From an uncultured Chlamydiae bacterium (GTDB taxonomy: Bacteria; Chlamydiota; Chlamydiia; Chlamydiales; JAJFMA01), in contig CAWBNS010000013.1 in assembly GCA_963790215.1 (NCBI GenBank), positions 54,000 through 117,999 of the forward strand: a stretch of DNA of 64,000 nt, given 5' to 3'. The notes beneath the pieces are model-generated. The model was not told where the DNA came from and did no database searches. It saw only the letters and a program-made list of their open reading frames with translations. The position numbers and the translations under genes are program-made. Positions 18,408 through 32,344 of this stretch are shown here, in pieces; within the stretch, counting starts at the first letter, position 1, and each line of letters begins with the position of its first letter.

Positions 18408-19430
18408 GTGATGATTAAAACAATAATAACGGTTGCTATTATAATGTCATCTTTCTCTTATGCTGATAATATAAGAATCAATCAAATTCAATTAAAAGGG
18501 ACACACAATAGTTATCATGTCCTAAAGCCCTATAATCCAGTGGAATGGCTCCCATGGGATCTACACATCACCGATTGGAATTACACACATGCACCTATTA
18601 CTGAACAACTTACCAATCAAGGAGTCCGGCAAGTCGAACTAGATATCCACATGGGCAAGGATGGATTCCCCGTCTATCACCTAACAGGCATCGATAATGG
18701 CAGCACCTGCAAAGATTTAACCGCCTGCCTAATAGAAGTGCGTGACTGGTCCATTGCCAACCCACACCATCAACTTTTGTGGCTCCTGATTGAACCTAAA
18801 GACACGGATGATCCCGGGAACTACTTCGGCGAATGGATCGCAGACCATTTGGATACCATTGAGGAGAACATCGAGAGTCTATTAGGGTCTGATAATATAT
18901 ACAAGCCAAGTGAGCTTCGAGGCAGTCACCCAACGATGCGGGACAGAATAGAGAAGGAAGGTTGGCCTACCTTGGACGCAACACGTGGAAAGATCACCAT
19001 TGTCTGGAATGCAATAGGTTCAAACAAAAAGGCTTATGCCAACTATAAGCCTGAGGCCTCTCAACTTCTGATGCTCCTGAAAGCAACACCTGAAGAGCTA
19101 ATAGGGGATTCTCCTTCGCCCTACGATATGGTCTACACCGAGGTGGGTGACCCCTTAAAGGGAAAGTCCTTGATCACAGAACTCGTCGAGAAAGGCTTTA
19201 TGGTGCGCACCAGGGCTGAAGAGCGCGGTCTGGATAGTAACGAAGCGAAGAAGGGAAAACGAGACCGTCCTGAAGCAGCTCTCGAAAGCGGTGCGCAGAT
19301 TATCTCAACGGATATTCCCGCCAAGGTGCCAGAAACAGACTATTTCTTTGCGATTCCCGGAGACCATGTCTCGCGGTGCAATCCGGTCAATTCCGATGCT
19401 GAGTGCAAACCGGAATTGATTGAACCGTAA
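18408..19430 (+). CDS. Secreted PLC-like phosphodiesterase (PI-PLC X-domain-like)
   Basis: N-terminal signal-like segment. The IQLKGTHNSYH motif is characteristic of the PI-PLC-like family. Confidence 0.55.
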   Translation: MMIKTIITVAIIMSSFSYADNIRINQIQLKGTHNSYHVLKPYNPVEWLPWDLHITDWNYTHAPITEQLTNQGVRQVELDIHMGKDGFPVYHLTGIDNGSTCKDLTACLIEVRDWSIANPHHQLLWLLIEPKDTDDPGNYFGEWIADHLDTIEENIESLLGSDNIYKPSELRGSHPTMRDRIEKEGWPTLDATRGKITIVWNAIGSNKKAYANYKPEASQLLMLLKATPEELIGDSPSPYDMVYTEVGDPLKGKSLITELVEKGFMVRTRAEERGLDSNEAKKGKRDRPEAALESGAQIISTDIPAKVPETDYFFAIPGDHVSRCNPVNSDAECKPELIEP

Positions 19431-19837
19431 AAAGAAAAAAACAGGATGATGAGGATCGCCTTCGCGGCAGGATGGGCAGGATATTGGTTGCTTGACTGAG
19501 TTCATGGCGGTTCAAAGTATGCTGTTTTGATTAAACGCAAAGGCGCAAAGAAGATTTTTGAAACGCTTTTTTTGAGCGGAGCTCAATAGGTCAGAACCGG
19601 CACCGGACAGCAAGGGCGGTCATAATTTTGACATCTCTGTAGCGCCCTTGCTGGTCTTGGTGCCGGTTCTCCTCAGCTTGCTTCGCAAGAACTGTATACT
19701 GTTCCCAACTCTTTCTTTGCGCCTTTGCGTTTAATCAAAACAGCATACTTTGAACCGCCATGAACTCAGTCAAGCAACCAATATCCTGCCCATCCTGCCG
19801 CCGAAGGCGATCCTCATCATCCTGTTTTTCTTTTTAA
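19428..19837. repeat. Composite nested hairpin element, ~125-bp outer arms
   Basis: Outer arms 19428-19553 and 19712-19837 contain CAGGAT units followed by CGCAAAG units. An inner inverted repeat (IR) is formed by ggtcagaaccggcaccggacagcaagggcg (about 19589-19618) and cgcccttgctggtcttggtgccggttctcc (about 19643-19672). Confidence 0.85.
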
Positions 19838-19854
19838 CCTTGAAATAACCGTCA

Positions 19855-24007
<4,153 letters not shown>

Positions 24008-24085
24008 CCCAGAAAATCCCCTGTGGCTGCGATGGTACGTTCAGAGGATAATTTTGGCAATGGGATTGAGGGGTGGCGATCTCAG

Positions 24086-24122
24086 TTTTTGGAGTGCGGT
24101 GACTTGTCACTGCACTCCAAAA
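24086..24122. repeat. Short hairpin of the TTGGAGTGCGG...CCGCACTCCAA family
   Basis: The sequence ttttggagtgcggtgacttgtcactgcactccaaaa is a near-perfect palindrome with the GACTTGTC core. Confidence 0.8.
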
Positions 24123-24162
24123 TTTAAGTAATGAGTTCCGAACCCAAAAAGTTATATTGTCT

Positions 24163-25632
24163 CTAAGCCCCCGACGCCAACTGAATCTGCCCGGGGACAA
24201 ACGCACCTGTGGACTGCATGCCTTGCATCACTTTGATGGGATCAGTGATCGATTTTAAATCGGGTTTTGAATCGAGATACTCCATCATGGAGAGGATCAC
24301 GGCTTCCCGATCGTTTGCCGGAAGCGTTTCGAGATGCCCCTTGATTTGCTTCAGTAATGGAGTTTTGAGATCGTTCTCTTTTACTTCTCGACCGGGTCTA
24401 AGACAACCGATCACCTCTTCAGCAGTTCCTCCACCAGTTTCCACCTGATAGAGCAACGCTACAGCCGTCAAGAGAAGGCCTACTTTTAATACGCTTACCC
24501 ATTGGTCAATTCGCTGCGGGCTATGCGTATCAGAGTTGTGGAGCATGACAAGTTCTTTCAAATAACCGCTATAGGCAGGATCTGAAGTCAATTTGATGAC
24601 ACGTTCAGCGTATTTTTTCGCAAATTCCAAGGTCAGCTGACCTTGGTCTACTTTCTGATCTTGCAGGGTTTCATTGGCAGCAGCATAGGGCACGGTGTTG
24701 GCCAACATCATCGCACCCATCAACAAAGCCATTAATTCCGATCCGTCTTTCAAGGATTTAGCAACAGCTGCTACCGCTAATGCCATTGCACCGTCACTAG
24801 AGGGTCGCCCCATTTTTGCACTAGGATCAGCGCTTAAACCAATCAAAACTACTCCCATCAATCCATGGATGTCATGGAAGTATTTTCCCTTTTCCTGTTC
24901 TTGAGTCCCTTTCTCAACCATCTTACCAACGTCCGAAAGAAAATTTTCAAACGCCTTGCGTGTCGCCGCCAACAGTGGTGGATTGCCCGCCAGGGCGGCA
25001 TTTTGCGATACATTGGTCAATACGCGAGCCAAAACAAACTTCACTTGCTCTTCGGTTAACTGTTCGGGAAAGTTCTCCTCCGAAACCGGTGGTTGTTCTT
25101 TCAAAGCCAGGTTCTCAAGCGTAGAAGTACTGTTCTGGGGAAGCTTTGTATTAGTCGGTGCGGCGTTTCCGAATGCAGTCACCGCAGCAGGAACTTTGCC
25201 CTGTGGCTGCGTGCCGTTTCCTAAGCCCAGAAATGGACCTTGCTCTTGTTCTGGCTGAGAAGGGGGTTGTCCTGATGGTTCCGCTGTCTCTCCCTCAGTA
25301 CCTGTACTTGGAGCGCCTACTCTCTGCGGTAATGTGCCAGCGGTCCCCAGAGAGGGTTCGTTAGCAGCCGGGTCCGGAGACGGATCAGGCTGTCCTGACT
25401 TTGGAGCGGGTAGTTCTACCGGCGAACTAGGATCTGGCACCATTCTTAGCACCGGAGCTAATTCTTTGGCAGCTGTTACGCTATCTTCCACGGTATCTTG
25501 CACTGTGGTAACAACGGTTTCCGCTGTAGCTGTGACTGTTTGCTGTGCTTGTGTTACGACATTGCCTGCCACGGGAAGTTGCGAAAGATTAGGTAGCGGA
25601 GAACTCAAATTAGTAAGGTCAGGATTGCTCAT
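24163..25632 (-). CDS. Hypothetical protein with a Pro/Thr/Gln-rich N-terminal half and a helical C-terminal half with hydrophobic segments
   Basis: ATG 25632 (MSNPDLTNLSS). Low-complexity region PSPDPAANEPS..PPSQPEQEQ. Hydrophobic stretches LMGVVLIGL, LMALLMGAMMLA and VGLLLTAVALLY. No domain recognised. Confidence 0.5.
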   Translation of the reverse strand: MSNPDLTNLSSPLPNLSQLPVAGNVVTQAQQTVTATAETVVTTVQDTVEDSVTAAKELAPVLRMVPDPSSPVELPAPKSGQPDPSPDPAANEPSLGTAGTLPQRVGAPSTGTEGETAEPSGQPPSQPEQEQGPFLGLGNGTQPQGKVPAAVTAFGNAAPTNTKLPQNSTSTLENLALKEQPPVSEENFPEQLTEEQVKFVLARVLTNVSQNAALAGNPPLLAATRKAFENFLSDVGKMVEKGTQEQEKGKYFHDIHGLMGVVLIGLSADPSAKMGRPSSDGAMALAVAAVAKSLKDGSELMALLMGAMMLANTVPYAAANETLQDQKVDQGQLTLEFAKKYAERVIKLTSDPAYSGYLKELVMLHNSDTHSPQRIDQWVSVLKVGLLLTAVALLYQVETGGGTAEEVIGCLRPGREVKENDLKTPLLKQIKGHLETLPANDREAVILSMMEYLDSKPDLKSITDPIKVMQGMQSTGAFVPGQIQLASGA

Positions 25633-25723
25633 AAAACAATTCTCTCGTTTATAACTTATCACCATTATTATAACACAAATCAAATTGATAATCTAAACAT
25701 CGCATAAAGCACGATATTTAATT

Positions 25724-25892
25724 ATTTTTCAGGATAACAGGATGAACAGGATAAAACTAAAAACGAATTGAGCTTTAAACGATAAAAACGATATAACGAT
25801 AAAAAGGATAAAATCCAATTAGCATAAGGCCGTATATTAAAAGCTAAATTCGTTTTTAGTTTTATCCTGTTCATCCTGTTATCCTGAAAAAT
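25724..25892. repeat. Hairpin element (CAGGAT units), ~45-bp arms
   Basis: atttttcaggataacaggatgaacaggataaaactaaaaacgaatt pairs with aattcgtttttagttttatcctgttcatcctgttatcctgaaaaat. Confidence 0.85.
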
Positions 25893-25990
25893 AAAAAAAA
25901 TGAATTTTGCTAAAAGCACGTTCCTGTCCCGATTTGCTACCAAATTGATCATGAGATATACTGATTCCTCAACGATCTGAGAGGAGCACT

Positions 25991-26398
25991 ATGCCGGACG
26001 AAAACAAAGGCTTGGGCGATCGCCTAAGACAGAAAAGGGAAGAGATGAAGGTTTCGCTCAAAGAGGCGGAAACGGCAACATCCATCCGAGTGAATTTTCT
26101 GCAAGCCATAGAAGAGGGTAAGATCCTTTCAGTAATCTCCCCTGTCTACGCCCAAGGATTTGTGCGACAATATGCGGCCTATTTAGGGCTGGACCCCGAG
26201 GTAATTCTGAGGGAGAATCCTGATCTCATGATTCGGTCCAGAAAAGATCCTGAATTTGCTTATGGTATCGGCACGTTGGAAATGCGTGGAAATCCCGGAT
26301 CTGGGGTCAAGTGGATTCCTAATGCTCTCTGGGTAGGGGTGATTGGCTTGGTTTTGCTCGCCGCGTGGTTTGTCGCTAAGGCGCTTGAGGTTGTCTAA
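25991..26398 (+). CDS. RodZ-like HTH protein with C-terminal TM anchor
   Basis: LGDRLRQKREEMKVSLKEAETATSIRVNFLQAIEEG matches the RodZ N-terminal HTH pattern. TM segment ALWVGVIGLVLLAAWFVA. Confidence 0.6.
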   Translation: MPDENKGLGDRLRQKREEMKVSLKEAETATSIRVNFLQAIEEGKILSVISPVYAQGFVRQYAAYLGLDPEVILRENPDLMIRSRKDPEFAYGIGTLEMRGNPGSGVKWIPNALWVGVIGLVLLAAWFVAKALEVV

Positions 26399-27598
26399 AT
26401 GACACCGAGTAAGCCTGCTCCTCAGGGTATTCGTGGCTTTTTTAAGCTAATGCTCTCCGGCATTTGTATGGGATCAGCCGATCTCATCCCGGGAGTGTCA
26501 GGTGGCACGATCTGCTTTATCCTCGGTATCTATGCCGATCTCATTGAAAGTATCCGCTCATTTAATTTTCGCGCTCTAAAGCTGCTCGCGCGCGGTCATT
26601 TTTGGCTGTTTCAAAAACAGGTTGCCTGGGAGTTTCTGCTCTCTCTCGGATCAGGGATCGTGATCGCCTTTGTCTCACTAAGTCAGCTCATTCACTATTG
26701 GCTGGAAGTTCCTTTATACCGAGGTTACCTTTACTCCGCCTTCCTTGGTCTAGTGTTTGGATCTGTCTATTTCTGTATGCGGCAAGTACGTTTATGGAAG
26801 TGGTCACGGGGTGTTGCCTTAGGGCTAGGCGCTCTTTTAGCTTTTATTTTTACGGGAGCAGATTGGCAAATCGAGTCAACAGAGCCATTATATGATGTTC
26901 GTATCGCGCTGAATACGCCTGATCCTGTCCTGAACTATGACACCGAGCGTTCGATGATTACGGATGTTCCGCAATCGACGTTGGCGGCTATGCTCGCGGG
27001 ACAAATCCTTAGCCCTGACACCATCGTCTACAGTCATAATGAGAACATCGAGGGCACGATGGCGCAGTTTGTTACACCGCGAGAAGCGAGTGTGATTGAA
27101 CCCTGGCTCATCGCCTGCGGCACGATGGCCTCTTGCGCGTTGCTGCTCCCGGGCATCTCTGGAAGCTACCTCCTAACCGCCATCGGCGTGTACCCGATGA
27201 TCATCGGAGCGCTAGTCGATTTTCTAAGCGGATTAGGCAACTTCAGACTCGATGGCCCTTCAGGATTGATTTTAGCCAACGTTTTTATCGGTATTCTCAT
27301 CGGCCTAACCTCGTTTAGTCGTGTAGTGAGCTGGCTGTTGCGGCACTATCATGATCTGACAATTGCAGCGATGACGGGAGCGATGGTAGGCGCTACGCGC
27401 GTTCTTTGGCCGTTCCACAGCTTTACCTACATGATCCAACCCTTGAAGCCTCATCACGCCCCTTCTCTTGTCCTGCTGGAGCCTCTTCCTCCCGACTTTT
27501 CGACAAGCCAGCCTTGGGTAGCTCTGCTGTATCTCTTGATCGGGTTCGCAGCAGTGATCGCTCTGGAGACGATTGCTAGGGGAAGAAAGAGGGTGTAA
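26399..27598 (+). CDS. DUF368-family polytopic membrane protein
   Basis: Duplicated motifs DLIPGVSGGTICFILGIY and LLLPGISGSYLL. An insertion of about 75 aa between the halves makes it longer than I recall for the family. Confidence 0.65.
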   Translation: MTPSKPAPQGIRGFFKLMLSGICMGSADLIPGVSGGTICFILGIYADLIESIRSFNFRALKLLARGHFWLFQKQVAWEFLLSLGSGIVIAFVSLSQLIHYWLEVPLYRGYLYSAFLGLVFGSVYFCMRQVRLWKWSRGVALGLGALLAFIFTGADWQIESTEPLYDVRIALNTPDPVLNYDTERSMITDVPQSTLAAMLAGQILSPDTIVYSHNENIEGTMAQFVTPREASVIEPWLIACGTMASCALLLPGISGSYLLTAIGVYPMIIGALVDFLSGLGNFRLDGPSGLILANVFIGILIGLTSFSRVVSWLLRHYHDLTIAAMTGAMVGATRVLWPFHSFTYMIQPLKPHHAPSLVLLEPLPPDFSTSQPWVALLYLLIGFAAVIALETIARGRKRV

Positions 27599-27600
27599 TA

Positions 27601-27690
27601 ATGGACAAATTAGAAGGCTACAGGATGGACAAGAACCTTGGTTCTGCGTTTTTGGACTAGACTCTTGTCCATTAACCGTCCATCGTCCAT
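27601..27690. repeat. Imperfect hairpin element (ATGGAC/CAGGATGGAC units)
   Basis: atggacaaattagaaggctacaggatggacaagaa pairs imperfectly with ctcttgtccattaaccgtccatcgtccat. It is weaker than the other elements. Confidence 0.4.
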
Positions 27691-27741
27691 ATCTTCTTTT
27701 TTCCCTTGCAGGTTGAGAAAAGTTCGCGATATAAGGATCTC

Positions 27742-28176
27742 ATGGGACAGACTATTTCTTTACCTCTGCTGTTGGTTTTACTGGTCGTGATGACGGTGAT
27801 GGTGATGCGTTCATTCACTAACGACACAGCGGTGCAGGCTGCTCCCGACAAGTATTTTGGCCCCAACGATATTCGCGGATCGGCCATTGTCTACAAAGGG
27901 AAACCGTATACCTTTAACTTTCTTCAACAAACCCGTTTCATCGATTTTTTGAACCGTACCATCACTGTAGGAACTCTGGAATCGCACAATACTAAGTTGC
28001 CGTTCGACAAAATCGTCATCTATTTGTTCGGTGGTAAAGAGATTGAGTTGACTCCAGTTGATCTTTCCGACGATAATATCTACTTTTCGGCGCCGGCGCT
28101 GCAGAAAGATGGATATGTGCAGGATGTCACGCAAGGGCGCCTCCTACAGCTCTTAAAAGGTACTTACGGCCCATAA
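27742..28176 (+). CDS. Hypothetical membrane-anchored protein
   Basis: ATG 27742. N-terminal TM segment LPLLLVLLVVMTVMVM. No domain recognised. Confidence 0.5.
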   Translation: MGQTISLPLLLVLLVVMTVMVMRSFTNDTAVQAAPDKYFGPNDIRGSAIVYKGKPYTFNFLQQTRFIDFLNRTITVGTLESHNTKLPFDKIVIYLFGGKEIELTPVDLSDDNIYFSAPALQKDGYVQDVTQGRLLQLLKGTYGP

Positions 28177-28180
28177 ATTT

Positions 28181-29759
28181 ATGCTACGCTCACTTCTGAT
28201 CCAAAATATCATCCTGATTGAACAGGCTGAACTCGTTTTTCAAAATGGTTTTCATGTGTTGACTGGAGAAACCGGAGCGGGGAAGTCCGCTATCCTGAAG
28301 GCACTCAGACTGGTGATCGGCGAACGCGCCGATACGCAAGCGTTGCGCAAAGGAGCCGAAAGAGGCATGGTGGAAGCACTTTTTGACGCGCCTGACCACC
28401 CTGTGCTACGCATGCTTCTCGATAAAGCACAGATCGATTGGGCTCCTGAGCTCGTTGTACGCAGAGAGATGACGGCAGCCGGGCGTAATCGCGCATTCAT
28501 CAATGACCAATTGATCTCGCTTGCATTGCTGAAGCAACTCGGCGAATATCTCATGCAGATCTGTGGGCAGCACGCGCATCAAGAACTACGCAGCCAAGAA
28601 AAGCATCGCGACCTTCTAGATACATTTTACGGACTCTATACTTTGCGCGAGTCGTTTGCAGCTGCTTGGCAACGCGAAAACGCGCTGAAACAAGAGCTAA
28701 ACAGTTTGCGAAAACAAGAGGCGCAACGCTTGCGCGAAATCGACGACGCACAGAGGCAATTCGAAGAACTCTCCGAAGCTCAACTTAAAGAAAGCGAGGA
28801 AGAAGAGCTTTTTGCTGAATATACTCTGTTGACTAGTGCCGAGGAACTCGCGACGGGAGTCGGACAGGTGTACGAATCACTCAACGAAACGGCGCAGCTA
28901 AAATTGGCGTTTAATCAGCTGGAACACCTCATTAAGTTAGATGGTACACTCCGAAGACTCAGCCCAAGCTTTACGCAATATCATCGTTGAATGCGACGAA
29001 CTTACTTACACGCTTCGCTCCTATCTTTCCGGAATAGAACACAACCCACTACGCGCTGAAGAGATTAACCGTCGCCTCTCCGTGATTACCAAGCTTAGAA
29101 AAAAGTATGGACCAGATCCCATTCAGTATTTGCAAGAGTTGAAATCGCGTCTGGAAGCTTTTGAGGATGCGGATGAGCGTGCAGATGAATTGGAAAAGTC
29201 ACTCAAAAGAGCGATTGAACAAACAGAAATTCTGGCGCATACGCTTACCCAAAAGCGCAGGGAAGGCGCTGTGTTGCTAGAAGAAGAGCTCACTAAGCAG
29301 CTAAAGACCTTAAACATGCCTGCCGTCGAATTTGAAGTACGCCTCACGCCGCAAGCTCGGCACCTGCATGGCGATGATCAGGTCGAGTTCCTGTTTGCAC
29401 CCAACATCGGTGAGCGACTCATTGCAATCTCCGACTGCGCCAGCGGCGGGGAGCTGTCGCGCCTTATGCTAGCCTTACAGGCTCTTTTAGCCGGCAAAAG
29501 CCGCGTACCTACGCTAGTCTTCGACGAAGTTGATGCGAATATTGGTGGAGAAACGGCCACTGTGGTCGGACAAAAACTCGCAGAGATCGGAAGAAATATA
29601 CAAGTGCTCTGCGTCAGCCATTTTCCCCAAGTCGCCCGCTTCGCTCATCATCACTACCAAGTGGCCAAACGCACCTCAGACCAACGCACCACTACTCACG
29701 TCGCTACCTTAGCTGGACCCGAGCGCGAAAAAGAGCTGCTGCGTATGGTGGGCGGATAG
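28181..29759 (+). pseudogene. recN: DNA repair protein RecN, split by a +1 frameshift near 28951-28952
   Basis: The N-terminal ORF has Walker A GETGAGKSAIL. The C-terminal ORF has SGGELSRLMLAL and LVFDEVDANIGG. The two ORFs overlap at 28941-28990 in different frames. Joining at ctc|c|gaa gives ..LIKLDGTL-EDSAQALRN... Confidence 0.8.
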
Positions 29760-29860
29760 ACTAAAGGGGCGCGAAGCGCTTTGCACCCTATTCCTCCTTC
29801 ATCCTTTATTTAAAACTTCTTCTGCGTTAAACTAGCTTGCCAAATACATTTAGGCATGAA

Positions 29861-30505
29861 ATGACACTTAATTTAATTGAACTGTTCCAGAGTGTACAAG
29901 GAGAAACAAGCTTCGCCGGATTACCGACAACCTTCATCCGACTAGCTACTTGCAACCTCAGATGCACCTGGTGTGACACTGCCTATTCGTTTGGGCGAGG
30001 TACACCTCATTCCTTAGCTGAAATCATGTCGCAAACGAAGAGTTTTGGTCATCGAAATGTTTGTGTTACAGGTGGCGAACCACTCCTACAGTCAGCTGTA
30101 GAGCCTCTTCTCCAGACATTATGCGACGAAGGATTTGTTGTCAGCTTAGAAACAGGCGGCTCGCTATCCACCGAAAACGTAGACCCTCGCGTTAGCACAA
30201 TCCTCGACATCAAATGCCCAGGCAGTGGGATGCACGAAAAAAATCATTGGCAGAACATGAGTCGACTCCGCAAACATGATGAAGTCAAATTCGTGCTCGC
30301 TCATCACGACGACTACCTCTACGCTAAAGAAATCTGCCACCAGTATAACCTGTCTGACCGAGTAAACGAGGTGTTGTTCTCACCCGTGTTTGAACAACTC
30401 GATGCAAAGGATTTGGTGGGTTGGATTCTCGCTGATCGTTTATCCGTACGCCTCAATCTGCAAACACACAAATTCATCTGGCCACCTGCGACAAAGGGAG
30501 TGTAA
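29861..30505 (+). CDS. queE: 7-carboxy-7-deazaguanine synthase (radical SAM)
   Basis: Motifs CNLRCTWCDT and ELFQSVQGE. ATG 29861 preferred. Confidence 0.8.
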   Translation: MTLNLIELFQSVQGETSFAGLPTTFIRLATCNLRCTWCDTAYSFGRGTPHSLAEIMSQTKSFGHRNVCVTGGEPLLQSAVEPLLQTLCDEGFVVSLETGGSLSTENVDPRVSTILDIKCPGSGMHEKNHWQNMSRLRKHDEVKFVLAHHDDYLYAKEICHQYNLSDRVNEVLFSPVFEQLDAKDLVGWILADRLSVRLNLQTHKFIWPPATKGV

Positions 30506-30509
30506 TTGT

Positions 30510-31184
30510 ATGACCTCTAAAAGAGCTATTATCCTATTCAGTGGCGGCCTTGACTCGACGATCATGCTTGCAAAGGCACTCTACGCGGGCAGAGAGTGTC
30601 TCGCCATTACATTTGATTATAAGCAACGTCATCATGTTGAAATCGCGGCGGCAAAACAGATCGTGAGCCATTATGGCATTCTTCATAAGATCATCTCGCT
30701 TGACCCTCGATCTTTTTCACGCTCCTCGTTGATCTCGGATGCCAATGTACCAAAAGAGAATCGTAATGCCATGCAGATCCGCGAAGGGGGGATTCCTCCA
30801 CCTACGTGCCAGGAAGAAATACTCTGTTTTTAGCCTATGCCGTAGGCCACGCTGAAACATTTGAAGCACAGGAGATCGACCTAGGAGTTAACAGCACGGA
30901 TTCCGATCCTATCCAGATTGTCGTCTAGCCTATATTCAAGCGTACCAAATGGTGATCAATCTGGCTACGCAACAAGCGGTAGAAGGACGCGCGCCCAAAA
31001 TCATCACACCTCACATAGAATTGACGAAAGACCAAATTATCCATGAAGGCGTTCGCTTTAATGCTCCCACTGGAAATGAACATTCAGCTGCTAGGATCCT
31101 CCAGAAGAAGGCGTTCATTGCGGACGTTGCGATGCATGCTAACGATTAAGAAAAGAGGGCTTTCGCCCGCGCTGGGATGACTGA
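30510..31184 (+). pseudogene. queC: 7-cyano-7-deazaguanine synthase, multiply disrupted
   Basis: The N-terminus is intact (ILFSGGLDSTIMLA..FDYKQRHHVEI). After about 30800 the QueC-like sequence continues only by switching frames ([22 protein letters not shown]..; PKIITPHIELTKDQII..). The C-terminal Cys cluster frame reads FSC*DPPEEGVHCGRCDAC*RLRKEGF, with in-frame TAG at 31092 and TAA at 31140. Confidence 0.8.
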
Positions 31185-31639
31185 CCCGTCACATTACGAA
31201 ATGCATGGATTACCGCTGCAAGCAGGTATTTTGGATGAACGATAGTGACTAATTTAATTCCAAAAACTGATCTCTCCAATAATACCGGTCCAACAAACCA
31301 GAAGTATCCCTTCGTAACAACGGAATAGGAGGCATATAGCGCTTCAATTGACGCAAGCCCTCTCCTGGATCTGGGCAATCATCTTGCCGTCGAGGATAGG
31401 CCGTGCGCAAAGTGTCCGGCAAACTGCGCCTCACCGCTCTAACCAAAGCGGACTCCGCCGCCTTTCCGATTACCCCAGCATAGCGCCACGTCGCATCGTA
31501 AAGTAAAAACCCCTCGATCCGCATCCGCGACTGATAACACAGGAGCGTCCTTATCCATCACGAATACGATGTAGTCATCCATCACAGGTAGTTCCTGCTT
31601 AGGATAGGTCAAGAACCGCATATCGGGTCGACTTTCCAA
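31139..31639 (-). pseudogene. Possible decayed gene of unknown function (three overlapping ORF fragments in three frames)
   Basis: Minus-strand ORFs 31439-31639, 31249-31524 and 31139-31378 tile the region in successive frames. I could not assign a family. Confidence 0.3.
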
Positions 31640-31767
31640 GCCCGATAGTGAACATTTTCTAAGATTTTCTTTCCTGTGCCGCCAAATAATGGTGGGGGAA
31701 AGGGTTGCTTTATTTCCAACAGATTAGTAACCTTTGGGTTTTCACTCCAACTAAGGGAGCCTTTATT

Positions 31768-32294
31768 ATGCGAAATTGGACTACAATTATCATGATTGCT
31801 GGGATTCTCGGCAATGTCTCCTTATTGACTGCAGACAATCAACCTGTGAATGCCCTTAAGGGAACAGAGCGTGTCCCTTCTCGCCCGCTTTCGACACGAA
31901 AGCCTCTGCAATGGGAAACTGACTACAAAGTGCCTTGAAAAAGGCAAAAACGTCAAATAAAACTATCTTCCTCTTTTTTACCGGATCCGATTGGTGTACA
32001 TGGTGCACTAAAATGGAGAAAGAAATTTTGGAGGCTAAAGAATTCGCAAGTACCGTCGGCGATCAGTTTCTCTTCGTGAAAGTGGACCTTCCTCGCAAAA
32101 CGCAATTGGCCCCAGCTTTAGCAGAGCAAAATCAAGCGCTAGCTAGTCGCTTCAGCGTACGCAATTTCCCCTCCGTGGTCATCCTGACACCAAATGAAGA
32201 GTTAGTTTGGCAGGGCTCCGGTACCCCTAAATTGACAGCTCAACGCTACGCCGAAGACCTGGTCGAGCTGGTGAAGCAGAAGACAGGGAAATAA
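31768..32294 (+). pseudogene. Periplasmic thioredoxin-fold protein (thioredoxin_7-like, CxxC), with signal peptide separated from the domain by a frameshift
   Basis: ORF1 (ATG 31768, AAGGGAG RBS) encodes a signal/TM segment and ends ..LQWETDYKVP*. ORF2 encodes KKAKTSNKTIFLFFTGSDWCTWC. Adding one A to the AAA at 31927-31929 yields a continuous LQWETDYKSALKKAKTSNK... Confidence 0.7.
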
Positions 32295-32295
32295 C

Positions 32296-32344
32296 GCGCT
32301 TCCGCGCGCGTGGGCGCCTACGACGCCCACGCGCGGAAGGGCGC
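32296..32344. terminator. GC-rich hairpin between convergent genes (candidate bidirectional terminator)
   Basis: cttccgcgcgcgtgggcg cctacga cgcccacgcgcggaag. It lies directly after the stop at 32294 and abuts the stop of the minus-strand gene. Confidence 0.5.

Noticed and set aside
29760-29860. A possible preQ1 riboswitch upstream of queE.
   Set aside because: I could not find the conserved preQ1-I/II features by eye. The hairpin ggcgcgaagcgc belongs to the repeat module also seen at 51750. A covariance-model scan would be needed.
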